A DNA stretch of 64,000 nucleotides from NCBI RefSeq assembly GCF_018977255.1, contig NW_024704742.1:48796001-48860000 (forward strand), read 5' to 3'. Positions 62,876 through 64,000 of this stretch are shown piece by piece. How positions within the stretch are numbered: position 1 is the first letter of the stretch; each line of letters begins with the position of its first letter. Source of the stretch: Callorhinchus milii (lineage: Eukaryota). A model generated the notes under the pieces. The model was not told where the DNA came from, did no database searches, and saw nothing but the letters and a program-made list of their open reading frames with translations. The position numbers were made by a program, and so were the translations under genes.

Positions 62876-64000
62876 TGTTGCACATAGACGGTCAGAAATA
62901 TTGAGCATGTATGTGAATCAGACATAATTGGTGCCATGTCTGCTAAGGATGTGCTCTGGAGTGAGCTGGGTGCAAGCGGTGCTAGGAAGCAGACTGGATC
63001 CTGAGGTCCAAAGGGCTTACTGCACGTGGTCAGCCAACAGTAGACTGAAGTTTTTGACCTTTCTGCATGGTTTCAGCAATAGCTGATGTTGCTCCTGCAG
63101 AGAGAGAAACATCCGTTGTGTAAAATACAAGTTTTAGCACAAGGGATTTTTAAAGTGGACTTTTTACATTTTCTTGTACTCGCGCCCTCCTGAGAACTTA
63201 CGGATGTGGAGGAAGTCATGAACGTAAATGTAGTAGCACATTTTGTACGTGTTCCAATAGCCCCATTTACAAACCTGTTTTTTTTGTTTGTTTTAAAAAT
63301 ATATATATTTTAAATGGAGACACTTTGGACCAGAGTCACTAAGCACAAGTGGTAACATTACAAGTAACTTCCTGACCTGTATTGACTTGCAGTCAACACA
63401 GATTACTTAAATATCAATACTTAAAACTCCCACCCGACAGTACTGCAGGCTTCCCTGGAAAAGACATTGTGAAACACATTCCTGAATCGGGAATGATAGG
63501 AGCAGCACATTTGTATTTTGTGGTTGAGTGTGAATCAGAGAAAGAAATAAGGGTCTGTAGCAACGTGAATTGCAGCGTGAGTGCATGTCAAAGACAGAAC
63601 AAAACCTGAACTAGCCTTAGCACAATAACAACAACTTGCACTTAAAATAGTGGCTTTTTTATAAGGCACCACCTTGAAGCATTTTACAGAGACGGAATAG
63701 AAGTCCGGGCATGTCGGGAGAAGGGAAAGGTAGGCATGAGTCAGGTGATGGCATAGTCGATGAGAGAGAATTTGAGGTGAGTTTTGAAAGCAGAGGCAGA
63801 AGTATTTTGGGAGAGCGCAGTAATGTTATTACCCTAAGCAGAGTTGATCCCTTTCATCAACCGATAGTGTGGGCCCCCCCCCCCGATAGCATCTGAACCA
63901 AAAACATTAGGATTGCTTCAGTACAAATAAAAAATAGCCAAGGCAAAGGTATTATTTAGAGGTTACATTTTGTTTTAAAAATGTTCCACTTATAGGTTTG

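Noticed and set aside
62900..64000. Second gene downstream of LIMCH1
   Set aside because: Only short ORFs with no recognisable homology or exon structure; 63625-63800 looks like an L2 remnant.

Overview
Vertebrate genomic DNA. The repeat content suggests a cartilaginous fish, possibly a chimaera such as Callorhinchus (inference). The window holds the middle and 3' part of one plus-strand gene, LIMCH1, traced by hand as about 26 GT-AG coding exons from 2155 (…[15 protein letters not shown]…) to the stop at 60464 (…GQPTTL*), followed by a 3' UTR. The N-terminal calponin-homology exons are not in the window. Splice phases join in frame everywhere except one junction (32141 to 33629). A block of six symmetric phase-2 exons (5673-20809) includes four that each carry a copy of an 'acidic-PDxxxDDxxxRR…F(L/I)P…W' module and looks like the muscle-type cassette block. 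Introns contain young tRNA-Ala-headed SINEs (two structural variants), older Deu-type SINEs, and L2 and CR1 LINE fragments, plus several hairpins. Almost all ORF-track entries are exon fragments, repeat remnants or chance ORFs. I found no prokaryotic-type or wholly new system; the most interesting signals concern alternative splicing, microexons, RNA structure and SINE/LINE evolution.
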